Shown here in pieces: positions 37,854-48,198 of a stretch of DNA of 64,000 bases. The position numbers were made by a program, and so were the translations under genes. Origin of the DNA: a bacterium (GTDB taxonomy: Bacteria; Patescibacteriota; CPR2; UBA1875; JAJYID01). Position 1 is the first letter of the stretch. Every line of letters begins with the position of its first letter. Below the pieces are notes generated by a model that was given only the letters and a program-made list of their open reading frames with translations, had not been told where the DNA came from and ran no database searches. The DNA lies in assembly GCA_021787535.1 (NCBI GenBank), contig JAJYLR010000001.1, positions 492,321 through 556,320 on the forward strand. Reading direction: 5' to 3'.

Positions 37854-37929
37854 TGGAGCCCACCACCGGGATTGAACCGGTGACCTCATCCTTACCATGG
37901 ATGCGCTCTACCAACTGAGCTAGGTGGGC
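37854..37929 (-). tRNA. tRNA-Thr (anticodon GGU)
   Basis: GCCCACC/GGUGGGC acceptor, anticodon stem CAUCC/GGAUG loop AUGGUAA, T-loop UUCAAAU, encoded CCA. Confidence 0.85.
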
Positions 37930-37949
37930 AAAATACTAGTAATATCTTT

Positions 37950-38210
37950 TTATCGCCATTCCCTAGATATTAGCTTCAATTTTTTTTCATGTGACCACTT
38001 CTTAGCCTGTATTTCCCTTTGTCTAGCCTCTGATTTACTGCCAAAAGGTTGCGACACATAAACTAGCTCAAATGGTCCTTGGTCTACTGCAAATTTAGCG
38101 CCATTACCAGAGTTGTGCTTTTTAATTCTCTCCACCAGATCAGTAGTCATGCCCACATATAACCTATTTGTCCTCGCTTTAGCTAAATAAATATACCATG
38201 GTTTCATCAC
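37950..38210 (-). CDS. GIY-YIG nuclease family small protein
   Basis: WYIYLAKARTNRLYVGMTTDLVERIKKHNSG GIY-YIG motif. Confidence 0.7.
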   Translation of the reverse strand: MMKPWYIYLAKARTNRLYVGMTTDLVERIKKHNSGNGAKFAVDQGPFELVYVSQPFGSKSEARQREIQAKKWSHEKKLKLISREWR

Positions 38211-38335
38211 AAATATTTCTTTATGGGCCTCTCGATAAACTCGAGGTCATTCGACTCTTCCAAACTCAAACCCTCCTAATTAATGATAATTCATCTAATA
38301 TCTTGGCTTGCCATGAGCGAACATAGTGAGTCGAA

Positions 38336-38421
38336 TGGTGGCGGGGGAGGGATTCGAACCCCCGAAGGCAAATGCCAGCAGATTTACAGTCTGCCCCGGT
38401 TGACCGCTTCGGTACCCCGCC
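38336..38421 (-). tRNA. tRNA-Tyr (anticodon GUA), long variable arm
   Basis: GGCGGGG/CCCCGCC acceptor, anticodon loop CUGUAAA, extended variable arm, T-loop UUCGAAU, CCA. Confidence 0.85.
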
Positions 38422-38503
38422 AGGTTTAATTAATAATTATTGATTAAAAATTCACAATTTTAGGAATATTTTAATTATGAATTTATTAATTTTTAATTGT
38501 CAC

Positions 38504-38578
38504 TGGAGCCGCCTGTCGGATTTGAACCGACGACCTACTGTTTACAAAACAGTTGCTCTACCACTGAGCTAAGGCGGC
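38504..38578 (-). tRNA. tRNA-Thr (anticodon UGU)
   Basis: GCCGCCU/AGGCGGC acceptor, anticodon stem ACUGU/ACAGU loop UUUGUAA, T-loop UUCAAAU, CCA. Confidence 0.85.
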
Positions 38579-38659
38579 AAAAATACTGAAATATTATACT
38601 CGTTTTTGCTTCCCTGGTCAATTATAATAGTAACATCAATTAATATAACTAGCCATCTT

Positions 38660-39913
38660 ATGCCAAAAATAAAGTCAGAATTCCCCAGCGGTTTTTTATG
38701 GGGTGCTAGTACATCAGCGCATCAGGTTGAAGGCGGCACGTATAATCAATGGGACCGTTGGGAAATGAAAAATGCCGAAAGATTGGCCGGTGAAGCTGAA
38801 CAGGCATTATCGCACTGGCTGCCTAACTGGAATCGTATTAAACCGCAAGCTCAAAATATTCAAAATTATATTAGCGGACGCACCTGTGATCATTGGAACC
38901 GTTACGAGGAAGATGTCCGCTTAGCTAAATCACTGGGCATGAACGCATATCGCTTCTCTATCGAATGGTCCCGTGTTGAACCTCAAGAAGGACAGTTTAG
39001 CCGAGAGGCAATCAAACACTACCAGCAAATGATTGATTCATTGAGAAAGCATGATATTCAACCATTTGTTACGTTGTGGCACTGGACAGTGCCTTTATGG
39101 TTCGAGGATGGGGGCGGCTGGAAAAATAGCAATGCTCCGGATCAGTTTGCAAGTTTCGTGTCATATGTTGGAAAAAACTTAAAGGGAGTGCAGTTTTGGA
39201 TTACCTTAAATGAACCTAATGTTTATATATACTTCTCACTTCTAAAAGCCGCCTGGCCCCCTCAAAATAGAAGCTTCCGGGCTGCACAGAAGGCTCGGCG
39301 CAATCTGGCTCGCGGACATCGTTTGGCTTATAAAATACTCAAATCATTCTCTGATGAATTTCAGGTGGGTTTATCGGAAAACCTTGCTTGGTTTGAGTTA
39401 GGTGATAACTCTCCAACTACCTATGTGAACAAACTGGTAAATGAACGCCTCAGCCATTACTTCTTTCGGCATAATATCTCAAAGATGGATTTTATCGGTT
39501 TAAACCATTATTTTCACAATCGTTTGAAGGGATGGAAACAAAATCAAAATGCAAATAAAAAACTATCTGATCTGGGCTGGGAACTATATCCTGAGGGGCT
39601 TTACCATGCTGCTCAGACTGCTTCAGCTTACAAAAAACCAATATATATTACAGAGCATGGCTTAGCAGACGCCGAAGATAAAAATCGCAAATGGTTTTTA
39701 ACTGAAAGCTTAAGAGAATTGTCAAGAGCGATCAGCGAAGGTGCGGATGTGCGCGGTTATATGCACTGGTCACTTTTGGACAATTTTGAATGGGCTTATG
39801 GATTCTGGCCTCGTTTCGGCCTCATTGAGGTTGATTATAAAACGTTAAAGCGTACAGTACGTCCGTCTGCGAAAGAGTATGCTCAGATAATTCAGCAGAA
39901 TGGAGTAAAGTAA
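38660..39913 (+). CDS. glycoside hydrolase family 1 (beta-glucosidase-like)
   Basis: FLWGASTSAHQVEGG, YRFSIEWSRVEP, acid/base TLNEP, nucleophile region YITEHG (variant of ITENG). Confidence 0.8.
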   Translation: MPKIKSEFPSGFLWGASTSAHQVEGGTYNQWDRWEMKNAERLAGEAEQALSHWLPNWNRIKPQAQNIQNYISGRTCDHWNRYEEDVRLAKSLGMNAYRFSIEWSRVEPQEGQFSREAIKHYQQMIDSLRKHDIQPFVTLWHWTVPLWFEDGGGWKNSNAPDQFASFVSYVGKNLKGVQFWITLNEPNVYIYFSLLKAAWPPQNRSFRAAQKARRNLARGHRLAYKILKSFSDEFQVGLSENLAWFELGDNSPTTYVNKLVNERLSHYFFRHNISKMDFIGLNHYFHNRLKGWKQNQNANKKLSDLGWELYPEGLYHAAQTASAYKKPIYITEHGLADAEDKNRKWFLTESLRELSRAISEGADVRGYMHWSLLDNFEWAYGFWPRFGLIEVDYKTLKRTVRPSAKEYAQIIQQNGVK

Positions 39914-39938
39914 GAAAAGAAATGATCGCGCATAAATT

Positions 39939-40694
39939 TCACTCCCGTCTGGCGAGCTGCCTTTTTACATCAGCATCTTCAGGGTCTATCTCTAAAATAT
40001 GAGTTAAGACGCGAGTGTATTTATCAGACTGCCCATTATCTTTATAAGCATCAGCCAGCATTTTGAGATGTTTAACATTTGGCTCCGCTTCAAGCGATGT
40101 CAAGCTCTCTAATGCTTTCACGGCCAATTTTTTATCCTTATTTTTTTTTGCAGCCAGAGCCAGGTTGATATAACGGCCGCTTGCATTAGGATTGATAGCA
40201 ACAGCTTTTTCGAATGCGGAGACAGCATTTTTATAATCTCTCATTTTTAAATAGCTAAGTCCCAGATTATTAAATGCTGTGTCGTTAACCGGATCATACT
40301 CCACTGTTTTTTGAAAAGCATTCACAGCATCCTCGAGATTATTTTCTTTAAAGAAGATATTTCCAAGCGCAAGATAAGCATGGTGGTTTTTTCTATCAGC
40401 TTTTATAGCATCGATCAGCAGTTTTTCAGCTTCTCGCAAATTACCTTGTTCAAGTTCGCTATGAGCATCAGAAATCAGCCGATCGGCGCCCTTCTCGTCA
40501 TTTGATTCTTCCTCCAGAAGCCCTTCTTCGATAAGTTCTTCTTTGTCAGCATCCGGCGACTCCTTTTTTTGTTTTTCTACAGGTTGAGCTTCTTTTTCTT
40601 GCACTAAAGTATCTTCCATATCACGGAAGTTGATTTTTCGAACTAGGTAATAAGATACGCCGGCAATAATTGCAAAAGTTATAATTTCCCACAT
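39939..40694 (-). CDS. TPR-repeat protein with N-terminal TM anchor
   Basis: repeated AxxxG/AYxxLG 34-residue motifs (HAYLALGNIFF, AFNNLGLSYL, ...). Confidence 0.7.
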   Translation of the reverse strand: MWEIITFAIIAGVSYYLVRKINFRDMEDTLVQEKEAQPVEKQKKESPDADKEELIEEGLLEEESNDEKGADRLISDAHSELEQGNLREAEKLLIDAIKADRKNHHAYLALGNIFFKENNLEDAVNAFQKTVEYDPVNDTAFNNLGLSYLKMRDYKNAVSAFEKAVAINPNASGRYINLALAAKKNKDKKLAVKALESLTSLEAEPNVKHLKMLADAYKDNGQSDKYTRVLTHILEIDPEDADVKRQLARRE

Positions 40695-41360
40695 TTACTT
40701 TTTCTCCTTTGCTGTTTTTCTATCTTTATGACCATTTTCATAAGCTAAGCAGCACATAAGTTTTCCGCAGATACCGGAAACTTTACTTGCATTTCTCGAC
40801 CCCTCAAACTGTTCTCTCACCATATCCATAGAGATATTATCGAGCTTGGTCAGAAAATTCTTACAGCATATCGGCCTTCCGCAAGGTCCGAAGCCGTCCA
40901 AAACTCTCGCTTCATCGCGCTGGCCCATCTGCCGAAATAAAACAGTTTTCTGAAGCTGCCTGGACATCTCTCTAACTAAATTTCGAAAGTCCACTCTGGA
41001 GTCAGCGGTAAAGTAGAAAGTCACTTTCTCGCCGTCCAGGGAAAACTCAAAGTCAACGAACTTCATGGGTAATCCATGCTCCTCCGTTTTTTTTCTAAAA
41101 ACTTCGATGTAGCCCTGGTGGTCTTCTTTTAATCTTTCAAGTCGCGCTACATCCTTTTCACTTAAAATTCTTTGAATTCCTTTCAGCGGTTCGTCTTTTG
41201 AGCTTTTCACCTGTTTATCCGTATACCTCACTTTGCCTGCTTCTTCCCCGTATGCGGTCTCGACGAGAACAAAATCTCCAATCCTCACATCTCCTTCGGG
41301 CGCGCGAAAATCATAAATTTTGATACCTGATCGAAACTGTACCCCTATAGCTTTTGACAT
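40695..41360 (-). CDS. ricT: PSP1/RicT (YaaT) family regulatory protein
   Basis: IGVQFRSGIKIYDFRAPEGDVRIGDFVLVETAYGEEAGKV; C-terminal Cys cluster GPCGRPICC...GICGKLMCC; adjacent to holB as in Bacillus. Confidence 0.8.
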   Translation of the reverse strand: MSKAIGVQFRSGIKIYDFRAPEGDVRIGDFVLVETAYGEEAGKVRYTDKQVKSSKDEPLKGIQRILSEKDVARLERLKEDHQGYIEVFRKKTEEHGLPMKFVDFEFSLDGEKVTFYFTADSRVDFRNLVREMSRQLQKTVLFRQMGQRDEARVLDGFGPCGRPICCKNFLTKLDNISMDMVREQFEGSRNASKVSGICGKLMCCLAYENGHKDRKTAKEKK

Positions 41361-42175
41361 TATAACTCCATATTTAAAACTAAATTTTCTAAGACAAACT
41401 TAGCCGAAACGTTTGCCCTAAGGTAACCTCGCGATTTCTGTACCAGTTCCAAAGCTTTTATAATATTGCGTTCATTATCTTTATTCTGAAGCAGCTCGTT
41501 TCTTAAATCCATTTCCAGACTATCCAAAAGGTCTTTTGCTAAATTCTTATCCTTTGCATACCTTTGAATGATGGCAAATTTTTCAAAAATTTTTTTACTT
41601 TTACTAAAAATAGTCTGAAGCTCTTGATTGTCTATTTTATCAAATCCCACCTCGGCTTTTGTGCCAAAGTTGATCATCTGGCTTCTGGATGTAATCGTTT
41701 CCGGCAAAAGAGTTTTATCCGGGACAGTCATGATAATAACACTGTTTTCCGGCGGCTCCTCCAATATTTTCAGCATAGCATTGGCGCTTTCTTCGGTTAA
41801 AAAATGAGAATCTTTGATGATTGCGACCTTATGCGCAGCTTGATATGGCTTCAGAAACAAATTCCTCTGTAGATCTCTAATCTCGGCGATTTTAATCGCG
41901 CCTTCTCCGCCCAATTTAATTAAATCGGGATGATTGCCTGCCTCTATCAGCTTGCAATTTCTGCAAGTTGAACAAGCTGTATCGCTTCCCTCTGCACATA
42001 GAACAGCTTTTGCAAAGTCGAGAGCCGCGCCAAGTTTCCCGGTTCCTTCCTGCCCGGCAAAAAGCATAAAATGAGTAAACTCTCTGCTCCTCAGCTGATT
42101 TTTTAAATATTTATCCTGCACTATTTTTGCCATAACTTGTGATAAATTATAGCAGTTTATAGTTAAAAAATCCAT
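41360..42175 (-). CDS. holB: DNA polymerase III delta' subunit
   Basis: HFMLFAGQEGTGKLGAALDFAKAVLC + CSTCRNCKLIEAGNHPDL zinc module; alternative start MAKIVQ at 42133. Confidence 0.75.
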   Translation of the reverse strand: MDFLTINCYNLSQVMAKIVQDKYLKNQLRSREFTHFMLFAGQEGTGKLGAALDFAKAVLCAEGSDTACSTCRNCKLIEAGNHPDLIKLGGEGAIKIAEIRDLQRNLFLKPYQAAHKVAIIKDSHFLTEESANAMLKILEEPPENSVIIMTVPDKTLLPETITSRSQMINFGTKAEVGFDKIDNQELQTIFSKSKKIFEKFAIIQRYAKDKNLAKDLLDSLEMDLRNELLQNKDNERNIIKALELVQKSRGYLRANVSAKFVLENLVLNMEL

Positions 42176-42187
42176 TGAACTATAGTT

Positions 42188-43045
42188 TTACAAAATTTTT
42201 TCCAAATCCTCAGGCAAATCTGATTTGAAATGGTATTTTTTACCAAATAATTCAAACGCCAGTTCATGAGCATGAAGAAACTGCCTTTTTAATAATCCCA
42301 AGGAATCGCCTTTTTTGCCATATGCTTTATCCCTCACAACCGGATAACCGATCCCGGCAAAGTGAACGCGAATCTGATGCGTCCTGCCGGTAATAATGCG
42401 AACCTTCAAATAACTCATATTAGCAATGTATTTTATTAGTTCATACTTTGTTAGCGCTTCCCGGCCGGATACGCTCGCTTCCATTTTTTTGCGGTCTTTT
42501 TCGCTGCGTTTAATAGGAATATCAATACTTCCCTTCTCCGGTTGAATTTTTCCCCAAACTAAAGTGAGATATGTCTTTTCAAATTTCCTGTCTTTAATCA
42601 GTTTTTTTAATTCTTGCTCTGACTTTGAATTTTTTGCGAAAACTATCAGTCCTGATGTATCTTTATCAAGCCGATGTACTACCCCCGGCCGTTCTTCATC
42701 TGAAACTTGCATCTTATCTTTGATAGCATCAAGCAAAGTACCGCTTTTATGGCTTTCATCGGGGTAAACAACAATACCAGGTTGTTTATTCAAGACAATA
42801 ATATTTTCATCTTCATAGATGATATCGATGGCCGGCTTTTCCGCCTCCTTTTGGGGTATTTCCTCTTTCACAATTATCTTGTCACCCTGGACAACTATTT
42901 TGTTCGGTTTCGCCTTTTGGCTATTAACTAAAACTAATGCTGTTTTAATCTTTTTCTGGGCTTGGCTTCTTGTAATACCTAAGAGACTTGATACTACCGC
43001 ATCAAGTCTCCCTCCCTCGCCTTTATAAATTATATGCTTCGTCAT
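42188..43045 (-). CDS. rluD: RluA-family pseudouridine synthase (RluD/RluC-like) with S4 domain
   Basis: HRLDKDTSGLIVFAKN catalytic motif; N-terminal S4-like segment. Confidence 0.8.
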   Translation of the reverse strand: MTKHIIYKGEGGRLDAVVSSLLGITRSQAQKKIKTALVLVNSQKAKPNKIVVQGDKIIVKEEIPQKEAEKPAIDIIYEDENIIVLNKQPGIVVYPDESHKSGTLLDAIKDKMQVSDEERPGVVHRLDKDTSGLIVFAKNSKSEQELKKLIKDRKFEKTYLTLVWGKIQPEKGSIDIPIKRSEKDRKKMEASVSGREALTKYELIKYIANMSYLKVRIITGRTHQIRVHFAGIGYPVVRDKAYGKKGDSLGLLKRQFLHAHELAFELFGKKYHFKSDLPEDLEKIL

Positions 43046-44062
43046 TTAGCTGACTTTGTCCGTTACTTTCTCTAGTTGTTGCCTATTGCCCATTAAAATT
43101 AATCTGTCATTTAGAGCTAAGATCTCATTGCCGGCCGGATTAATTGTACTAGTACCGTCAACTCTATTAATTGCCAAAATTGAAACGCAGTTTTCCACTT
43201 GATTTAAATAAAACGAAACTGGCCTGTTAATATACTCTGATCTTGGCCCGATTTGCAGTTCCTCGATCTGCAGCTCATCATGCTTGCCGTCAACAATTAC
43301 GTCAAGAAAATCTACAACAGCAGGCCGAAGTGCCATAGTCGCCATATGATATCCGGCTATTTGCGCAGGCATCGTCACTTTGTTCGCACCCGCTTTCTTC
43401 ATTTTGGCAATCCCTTCCTCTCTTTCAGCGCGAGCAATAATGAAAACATCCGGGTTTAAAGATCTGGCTGACAGTACTATATATAAGCTATCCACTTCTG
43501 AGCCGGGTACTACAATGACAGACTTCGCTTTTAGAATGCCTGCTTTAAGCAAAGTCTTTTCTTCTGTCGGATCTCCATTGACCGCTAAAAAGCCGCTGTC
43601 TTCAGCATTTTTAGCTTCTTTCGGATCCCTATCTACGATAACAAATTTCTTTTTTTCATCTGATAACTCCTCGGCGATTTGTTTTCCGACTCTGCCATAA
43701 CCGCAAATAATGAAGTGATCATGGCAGGCGTCTATTGTTTTTTTCATAACCCTCCTTTTTCTGTTTTCTTTAAAGGTCCCTTCAAAAAGATATTCTGCAG
43801 CAAACTTTATTACATATGCTACAATAATATAACTTCCTAAAATTAGGATAAGTATGAGAATTTGTACTGGGAAAGGTTCTAGTGTCTCATGATAGAAATG
43901 TTCCAGAAGAACGCTAATGGTCTGATAGAAAGCATTCCATGGAGAGAAATCCTTTAATATCATAAATCCAGCTGTCCCTATTGTCAAAAGAGCAACAATC
44001 ACCAGCGCTAAAACTTTCAGCACATCGTTTTGGGATTCTTCTTTGCCTATACCCTCCTTCAT
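43046..44062 (-). CDS. membrane protein with two TM helices and tandem RCK (TrkA-N/TrkA-C) domains; K+ channel-like
   Basis: HFIICGYGRVGKQIAEEL Rossmann GxGxxG; N-terminal helices; no canonical TVGYG filter. Confidence 0.55.
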   Translation of the reverse strand: MKEGIGKEESQNDVLKVLALVIVALLTIGTAGFMILKDFSPWNAFYQTISVLLEHFYHETLEPFPVQILILILILGSYIIVAYVIKFAAEYLFEGTFKENRKRRVMKKTIDACHDHFIICGYGRVGKQIAEELSDEKKKFVIVDRDPKEAKNAEDSGFLAVNGDPTEEKTLLKAGILKAKSVIVVPGSEVDSLYIVLSARSLNPDVFIIARAEREEGIAKMKKAGANKVTMPAQIAGYHMATMALRPAVVDFLDVIVDGKHDELQIEELQIGPRSEYINRPVSFYLNQVENCVSILAINRVDGTSTINPAGNEILALNDRLILMGNRQQLEKVTDKVS

Positions 44063-44134
44063 AGCTTTTATTATAGCGTTTTACACTATAAAGAACAATA
44101 TAATCAAGAAGCTAAAGTTTGATCATTTTCAATA

Positions 44135-44551
44135 CTAACGTTTTGAGAACTGAGGGGCCTTGCGAGCGCGCTTGAGCCCGTATTTTTTTCTCTCCTTTGC
44201 CCTTGGATCGCGAGTCAGAAAGCCCGATTTTCTAAGAGTAGTCTTATTGCTTTCATCATATATAACCAAAGCTCTCGATATGCCGTGGTTAATCGCATCA
44301 ATTTGTGCCCTCTTCCCTCCGCCGGCTACAATAGCTGAAATATCAAATTTATCTTTCAAACCCAGTGTTTCCAGCGGAACAAAAATAGAGTCCTGATCGA
44401 GAGGATTTGTAAAATATTCTTTATAATCTTTGCCGTTTATAATTACCTGGCCTTTACCTGAGTAAATCCTCACTCTGGCCACTGCCTCTTTTCTTCTGCC
44501 GACTGCGCAAAAGTATTTACCTTTGAAATCTACAATATTTTCATTAGCCAT
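44135..44551 (-). CDS. rpsI: 30S ribosomal protein S9
   Basis: C-terminal ...RKAPQFSKR. Confidence 0.93.
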   Translation of the reverse strand: MANENIVDFKGKYFCAVGRRKEAVARVRIYSGKGQVIINGKDYKEYFTNPLDQDSIFVPLETLGLKDKFDISAIVAGGGKRAQIDAINHGISRALVIYDESNKTTLRKSGFLTRDPRAKERKKYGLKRARKAPQFSKR

Positions 44552-44558
44552 TATTTTC

Positions 44559-45008
44559 TTAACCTCTTAACCTTCCTTTTTCAATCTTTAGTTCAACGGG
44601 CTTCTGCGCCTCATGGTCATGATCTTGGCCTCGATAAACCCTGAGTTTTTTCATAAACTCTTTCTGCAACCTGTTTTTTGGCAGCATTCCGCGAACTGCA
44701 TGTTCTATTACATACTCCGGCTTTTTTGCAATCATATCTTTAAATGCTGTTTCTTTGAGACCGCCCGGATACCAGCTATGAGAATAATATTTCTTATCCT
44801 GAAATTTATTGCCGCTCACTTTCACCTTAGCTGCATTAATAATTATTAAATGATCACCCATATCCATATGCGGCGAAAAACTCGGTTTGCCTTTGCCTCT
44901 TAAGATATCGCTGGCAAGCACCGCTAGTTTGCCTAAAGTCTGGCCTTCGGCGTCAATTAAAAGCCATCGCCTTTCTACATCGCCTTGTTTCGCTATATAT
45001 GTTTTCAT
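44559..45008 (-). CDS. rplM: 50S ribosomal protein L13
   Basis: MKTYIAKQGDVERRWLLIDAEGQTLGKLA. Confidence 0.93.
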   Translation of the reverse strand: MKTYIAKQGDVERRWLLIDAEGQTLGKLAVLASDILRGKGKPSFSPHMDMGDHLIIINAAKVKVSGNKFQDKKYYSHSWYPGGLKETAFKDMIAKKPEYVIEHAVRGMLPKNRLQKEFMKKLRVYRGQDHDHEAQKPVELKIEKGRLRG

Positions 45009-45466
45009 TTCTTTTTCTCCGTAACTTTTTTCTCAGCCGGTTTTTTTGCGGTTTTCTTATCTTTAGTATCTTTCGCTTGATTATCTTTATCTTTTTTCAC
45101 CAGTTGCTCGGTGTCTAAAAGTTCTATAAGAGCCATCTCAGCGTTATCCCCCACCCGCGGACCGATTTTTGTAATCCTGAGATAACCACCTTGTCTTTTT
45201 CCATACAAAGGCGCAAGCTCTTTGAGAAGTTTCTGGCTGGCATTCACATCAAGAAAATAAGAGTTAAGCTTTCGAATGGCTGCGAGATCCCCCTTCTTTG
45301 CCACTGTAATCATTTTCTCTAGTTGCGGACGGATTGCCTTTGCCTTCGGCAAGGTTGTTTTGACTTTTTCATGCAGAACAATAGAAGTTGCCAAGTTTCT
45401 AAGCATCAATTCTCTTGGTTGCTTTTCCCTTCCTAATTTTCTTGTGTTAATACCATGTCTATGCAT
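45005..45466 (-). CDS. rplQ: 50S ribosomal protein L17 (K-rich C-terminal extension)
   Basis: MHRHGINTRKLGREKQPRELMLRNLATSI. Confidence 0.9.
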   Translation of the reverse strand: MHRHGINTRKLGREKQPRELMLRNLATSIVLHEKVKTTLPKAKAIRPQLEKMITVAKKGDLAAIRKLNSYFLDVNASQKLLKELAPLYGKRQGGYLRITKIGPRVGDNAEMALIELLDTEQLVKKDKDNQAKDTKDKKTAKKPAEKKVTEKKK

Positions 45467-46424
45467 CTTGGCTATTGTCCTCTTCTTTCTTGTCTGTTAA
45501 AAGTCCGAGTTCATCAAGTTTTTCCAGTACTTCTTCATATGCTTTTGCTCCAAATCCTTTCAGATTCTTCAGTTCATCAAGACTTCTTTTTAAAATATCA
45601 TCAACAGTCTTGATATCATTATTAAGAAGAGCATTAGTAGTTCTTGGAGAAAGGTTGATTTCTTCTACCATAATGCCGGATGATTGATTATCACCATCTA
45701 TTTCCGCAACTTCCGGCTTTCTCACTGTAGCAGATTCTTTGCCGCTTAATACCAGAAAATGATCCACTAGAATCTCAGATGATTTCTGTACTGCCTCCTC
45801 AGGAGTCACCGTACCATCGGTTTCAATTTCTAAGATAAGCTTGTCAAGGTTAGTCATCTGTCCGACACGAGTACTTTCAACATTATATCTGACTCTTCTA
45901 ACCGGTGAATAAAGCGCGTCAAGAGCGATAAAACCGACCCCCGTCTTTTCTTTCTTTCTTTTTTCCGCTGTCACATATCCGCGGCCTCGATCAATGCAAA
46001 GCTCCACATCAAACTTTGCCTTTTTATTATCCAAAGTGGCAATATGCAGATCAGGATTTACAACTTCTACGTTTTGATTTGTTTTAATATCCGCCGCCGT
46101 CACTTTAGCCGGTCCCGTTTTCGAGAGTGTTATATACTGCGGTTCATCAAAGTCGGACACTGCTTTCACTCTCAGCTGCTTCAAGTTCATCATTATTTCT
46201 ACAACATCCTCTTTAATATTAGGTATAGTAGAAAACTCATGAAGCACACCTTCAATCTTAGCTGAAGTCACAGCCGCGCCATCCAAAGACGACAAAAGCA
46301 CTCTCCTTAAAGAATTACCTAAAGTCATGCCGTAACCCGGGTGCAGGGGTTCGATCGCAAAGACAGCAGTATTGCCCTTTGACTCTAGCTTTTTAATTTC
46401 CGGAAGTTGTATTTCGTATAACAC
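45459..46424 (-). CDS. rpoA: DNA-directed RNA polymerase subunit alpha
   Basis: N-terminal dimerisation domain + C-terminal alpha-CTD; position after rpsD. Confidence 0.92.
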   Translation of the reverse strand: MLYEIQLPEIKKLESKGNTAVFAIEPLHPGYGMTLGNSLRRVLLSSLDGAAVTSAKIEGVLHEFSTIPNIKEDVVEIMMNLKQLRVKAVSDFDEPQYITLSKTGPAKVTAADIKTNQNVEVVNPDLHIATLDNKKAKFDVELCIDRGRGYVTAEKRKKEKTGVGFIALDALYSPVRRVRYNVESTRVGQMTNLDKLILEIETDGTVTPEEAVQKSSEILVDHFLVLSGKESATVRKPEVAEIDGDNQSSGIMVEEINLSPRTTNALLNNDIKTVDDILKRSLDELKNLKGFGAKAYEEVLEKLDELGLLTDKKEEDNSQDA

Positions 46425-46465
46425 TTTTCTCCCTTCTGGCCCCGCATTTAGCGGTTCAAGCCATA

Positions 46466-47092
46466 TTATTTAGAATATAATTCAACAATTAGTTGTTCTT
46501 GAATATTTGGATCAAGGTCTTCCCTTGCCGGCACTGACTTTACTTCTCCTCTCAGCTTAGCTAGATCGACTATAAGCCAGCTTATTTCAATGGTATCTTT
46601 TTTATCTTTCATTCGAGAGAAGTAAGGGTTTTTCTGACTGGATTTTTTTACTTCCAGTTTGTCACCGGCTTTCAGTTCATATGAAGGAACATCGACCTTC
46701 TTACTATTAACCGTGAAGTGCCCATGCCCGACAATCTGCTTTGCGGTCCTTCTGGATGGTGCAAAACCCATTCTATAAACTACATTATCAAGACGCATTT
46801 CCAGAGTTTGCAGCAAAAGTTCACCAGTAAGGCCGCGTTTTCTCTCAGCTTTCTTATAGTAGTTTCTAAATTGTTTCTCTAAAACGCCATAAATCCTTTT
46901 AACCTTTTGCTTTTCTCGAAGTTGGATGCCGTAATCGCTCATCTTTCTCCTACCGGAAGCCAGGCCGTGTATGCCTGGAGCATATGACCTTCTGAAAACC
47001 GCGCATTTCTGGGAGGAGCATCTCTCTCCTTTTAAGAAGAGTTTTTCGCCTTCCCGGCGGCATTGTCTGCATTGTTCTTGAATCTTTGCCAT
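46466..47092 (-). CDS. rpsD: 30S ribosomal protein S4
   Basis: N-terminal Cys4 (CRQCRREGEKLFLKGERCSSQKC) and S4 domain. Confidence 0.93.
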   Translation of the reverse strand: MAKIQEQCRQCRREGEKLFLKGERCSSQKCAVFRRSYAPGIHGLASGRRKMSDYGIQLREKQKVKRIYGVLEKQFRNYYKKAERKRGLTGELLLQTLEMRLDNVVYRMGFAPSRRTAKQIVGHGHFTVNSKKVDVPSYELKAGDKLEVKKSSQKNPYFSRMKDKKDTIEISWLIVDLAKLRGEVKSVPAREDLDPNIQEQLIVELYSK

Positions 47093-47135
47093 TAAATTTT
47101 TACCCTAATAATTTTACTTTTGAATTTTGAATTAA

Positions 47136-47528
47136 TTAAACTCTCCTCGGTTTCTTAGCCCTGCAACCGTTATGAGGAAGTGGTGTAACATCTTTAATCG
47201 ATTTTACATATACGCCTAAAGCTTGAAGCGCTCTGACAGCCATATCTCTGCCGGAACCAACACCTTTCACATAAACATCAACTTCTGAGAGTCCATATGG
47301 CTTTGCTTTTGTGATCGCTGCTTCCATAGCAACCTGGGCGGCATATGGGGTGGACTTTCTTGAACCTTTAAACCCGGCTGCTCCTGCTGAACCGGAAGCG
47401 ATAACATTGCCACTTTCATCAGTAATAGAAATCACTGTATTATTAAATGTAGCCTTAATATGAACAGCGCCTTTTGTAACTGTTTTTTTAGTCTTATGTC
47501 TTTTTTTCGTTGTAACTTTCTTTGCCAT
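47136..47528 (-). CDS. rpsK: 30S ribosomal protein S11
   Basis: [28 protein letters not shown]. Confidence 0.93.
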   Translation of the reverse strand: MAKKVTTKKRHKTKKTVTKGAVHIKATFNNTVISITDESGNVIASGSAGAAGFKGSRKSTPYAAQVAMEAAITKAKPYGLSEVDVYVKGVGSGRDMAVRALQALGVYVKSIKDVTPLPHNGCRAKKPRRV

Positions 47529-47605
47529 ATGAATTGTTTTAACTGTTCAAAATGTTCTAACTGTTCTTTATCAATAATTTCAACATTCAAACATTTTTAA
47601 CATTA

Positions 47606-47992
47606 TTAAGTTTTTGCTGCCGGTTTTTTCCTTCCACTTCCTACAGTAACTCGCTTGCTTCTTTTAGTTCTGGAATTTGTTTTTGTCCTTTGTCCTCTCA
47701 CAGGCAAGCTAAGTTTATGTCTTAATCCTCTGTATGTGCCAACTGCTTTTAATCTCTGAATGTTTTGGCTGGTTGCTCTTCTAAGCTCACCTTCTATAGA
47801 ATAATTTTTAGTAATATAATCCCTGAGCTTTGTAATCTCCGTATCCGTCAGTTCTTTGGTGCGTTTATCGGGACTAATCCCGGTATTTACCAATATCTTT
47901 TGGCTGCGAGTCAGTCCAATGCCATAAATATACTGAAGCGATGCTTCAATTCTTTTTTCTTCCGGTATATTTACTCCTGCTATTCTTGCCAT
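47606..47992 (-). CDS. rpsM: 30S ribosomal protein S13
   Basis: MARIAGVNIPEEKRIEASLQYIYGIG. Confidence 0.93.
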   Translation of the reverse strand: MARIAGVNIPEEKRIEASLQYIYGIGLTRSQKILVNTGISPDKRTKELTDTEITKLRDYITKNYSIEGELRRATSQNIQRLKAVGTYRGLRHKLSLPVRGQRTKTNSRTKRSKRVTVGSGRKKPAAKT

Positions 47993-48084
47993 TTTAATTT
48001 GTTGAGATTATTATATCGCTTCGCTTGTGGGAATTGTTTTTTCGTCTCCAACGTCTCGAACAGTTCCAACAACTCTAGTATTAT

Positions 48085-48198
48085 TTATCCTTGCCTTTGT
48101 TTGTGTTTAGGATTTTCACAAATAACCCTAACCACACCTCTACGTCTGATGACCTTGCATTTTGAACAAATTTTTTTAACCCCTGCTCTAACTTTCAT
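48085..48198 (-). CDS. rpmJ: 50S ribosomal protein L36 (37 aa; below ORF-track threshold)
   Basis: own translation of minus strand: [37 protein letters not shown]. Confidence 0.9.
   Translation of the reverse strand: MKVRAGVKKICSKCKVIRRRGVVRVICENPKHKQRQG

Noticed and set aside
37828-37914. Longer rpmG ORF (83 aa)
   Set aside because: Extension is the reverse complement of tRNA-Thr(GGU); L33 starts at MAKKG.
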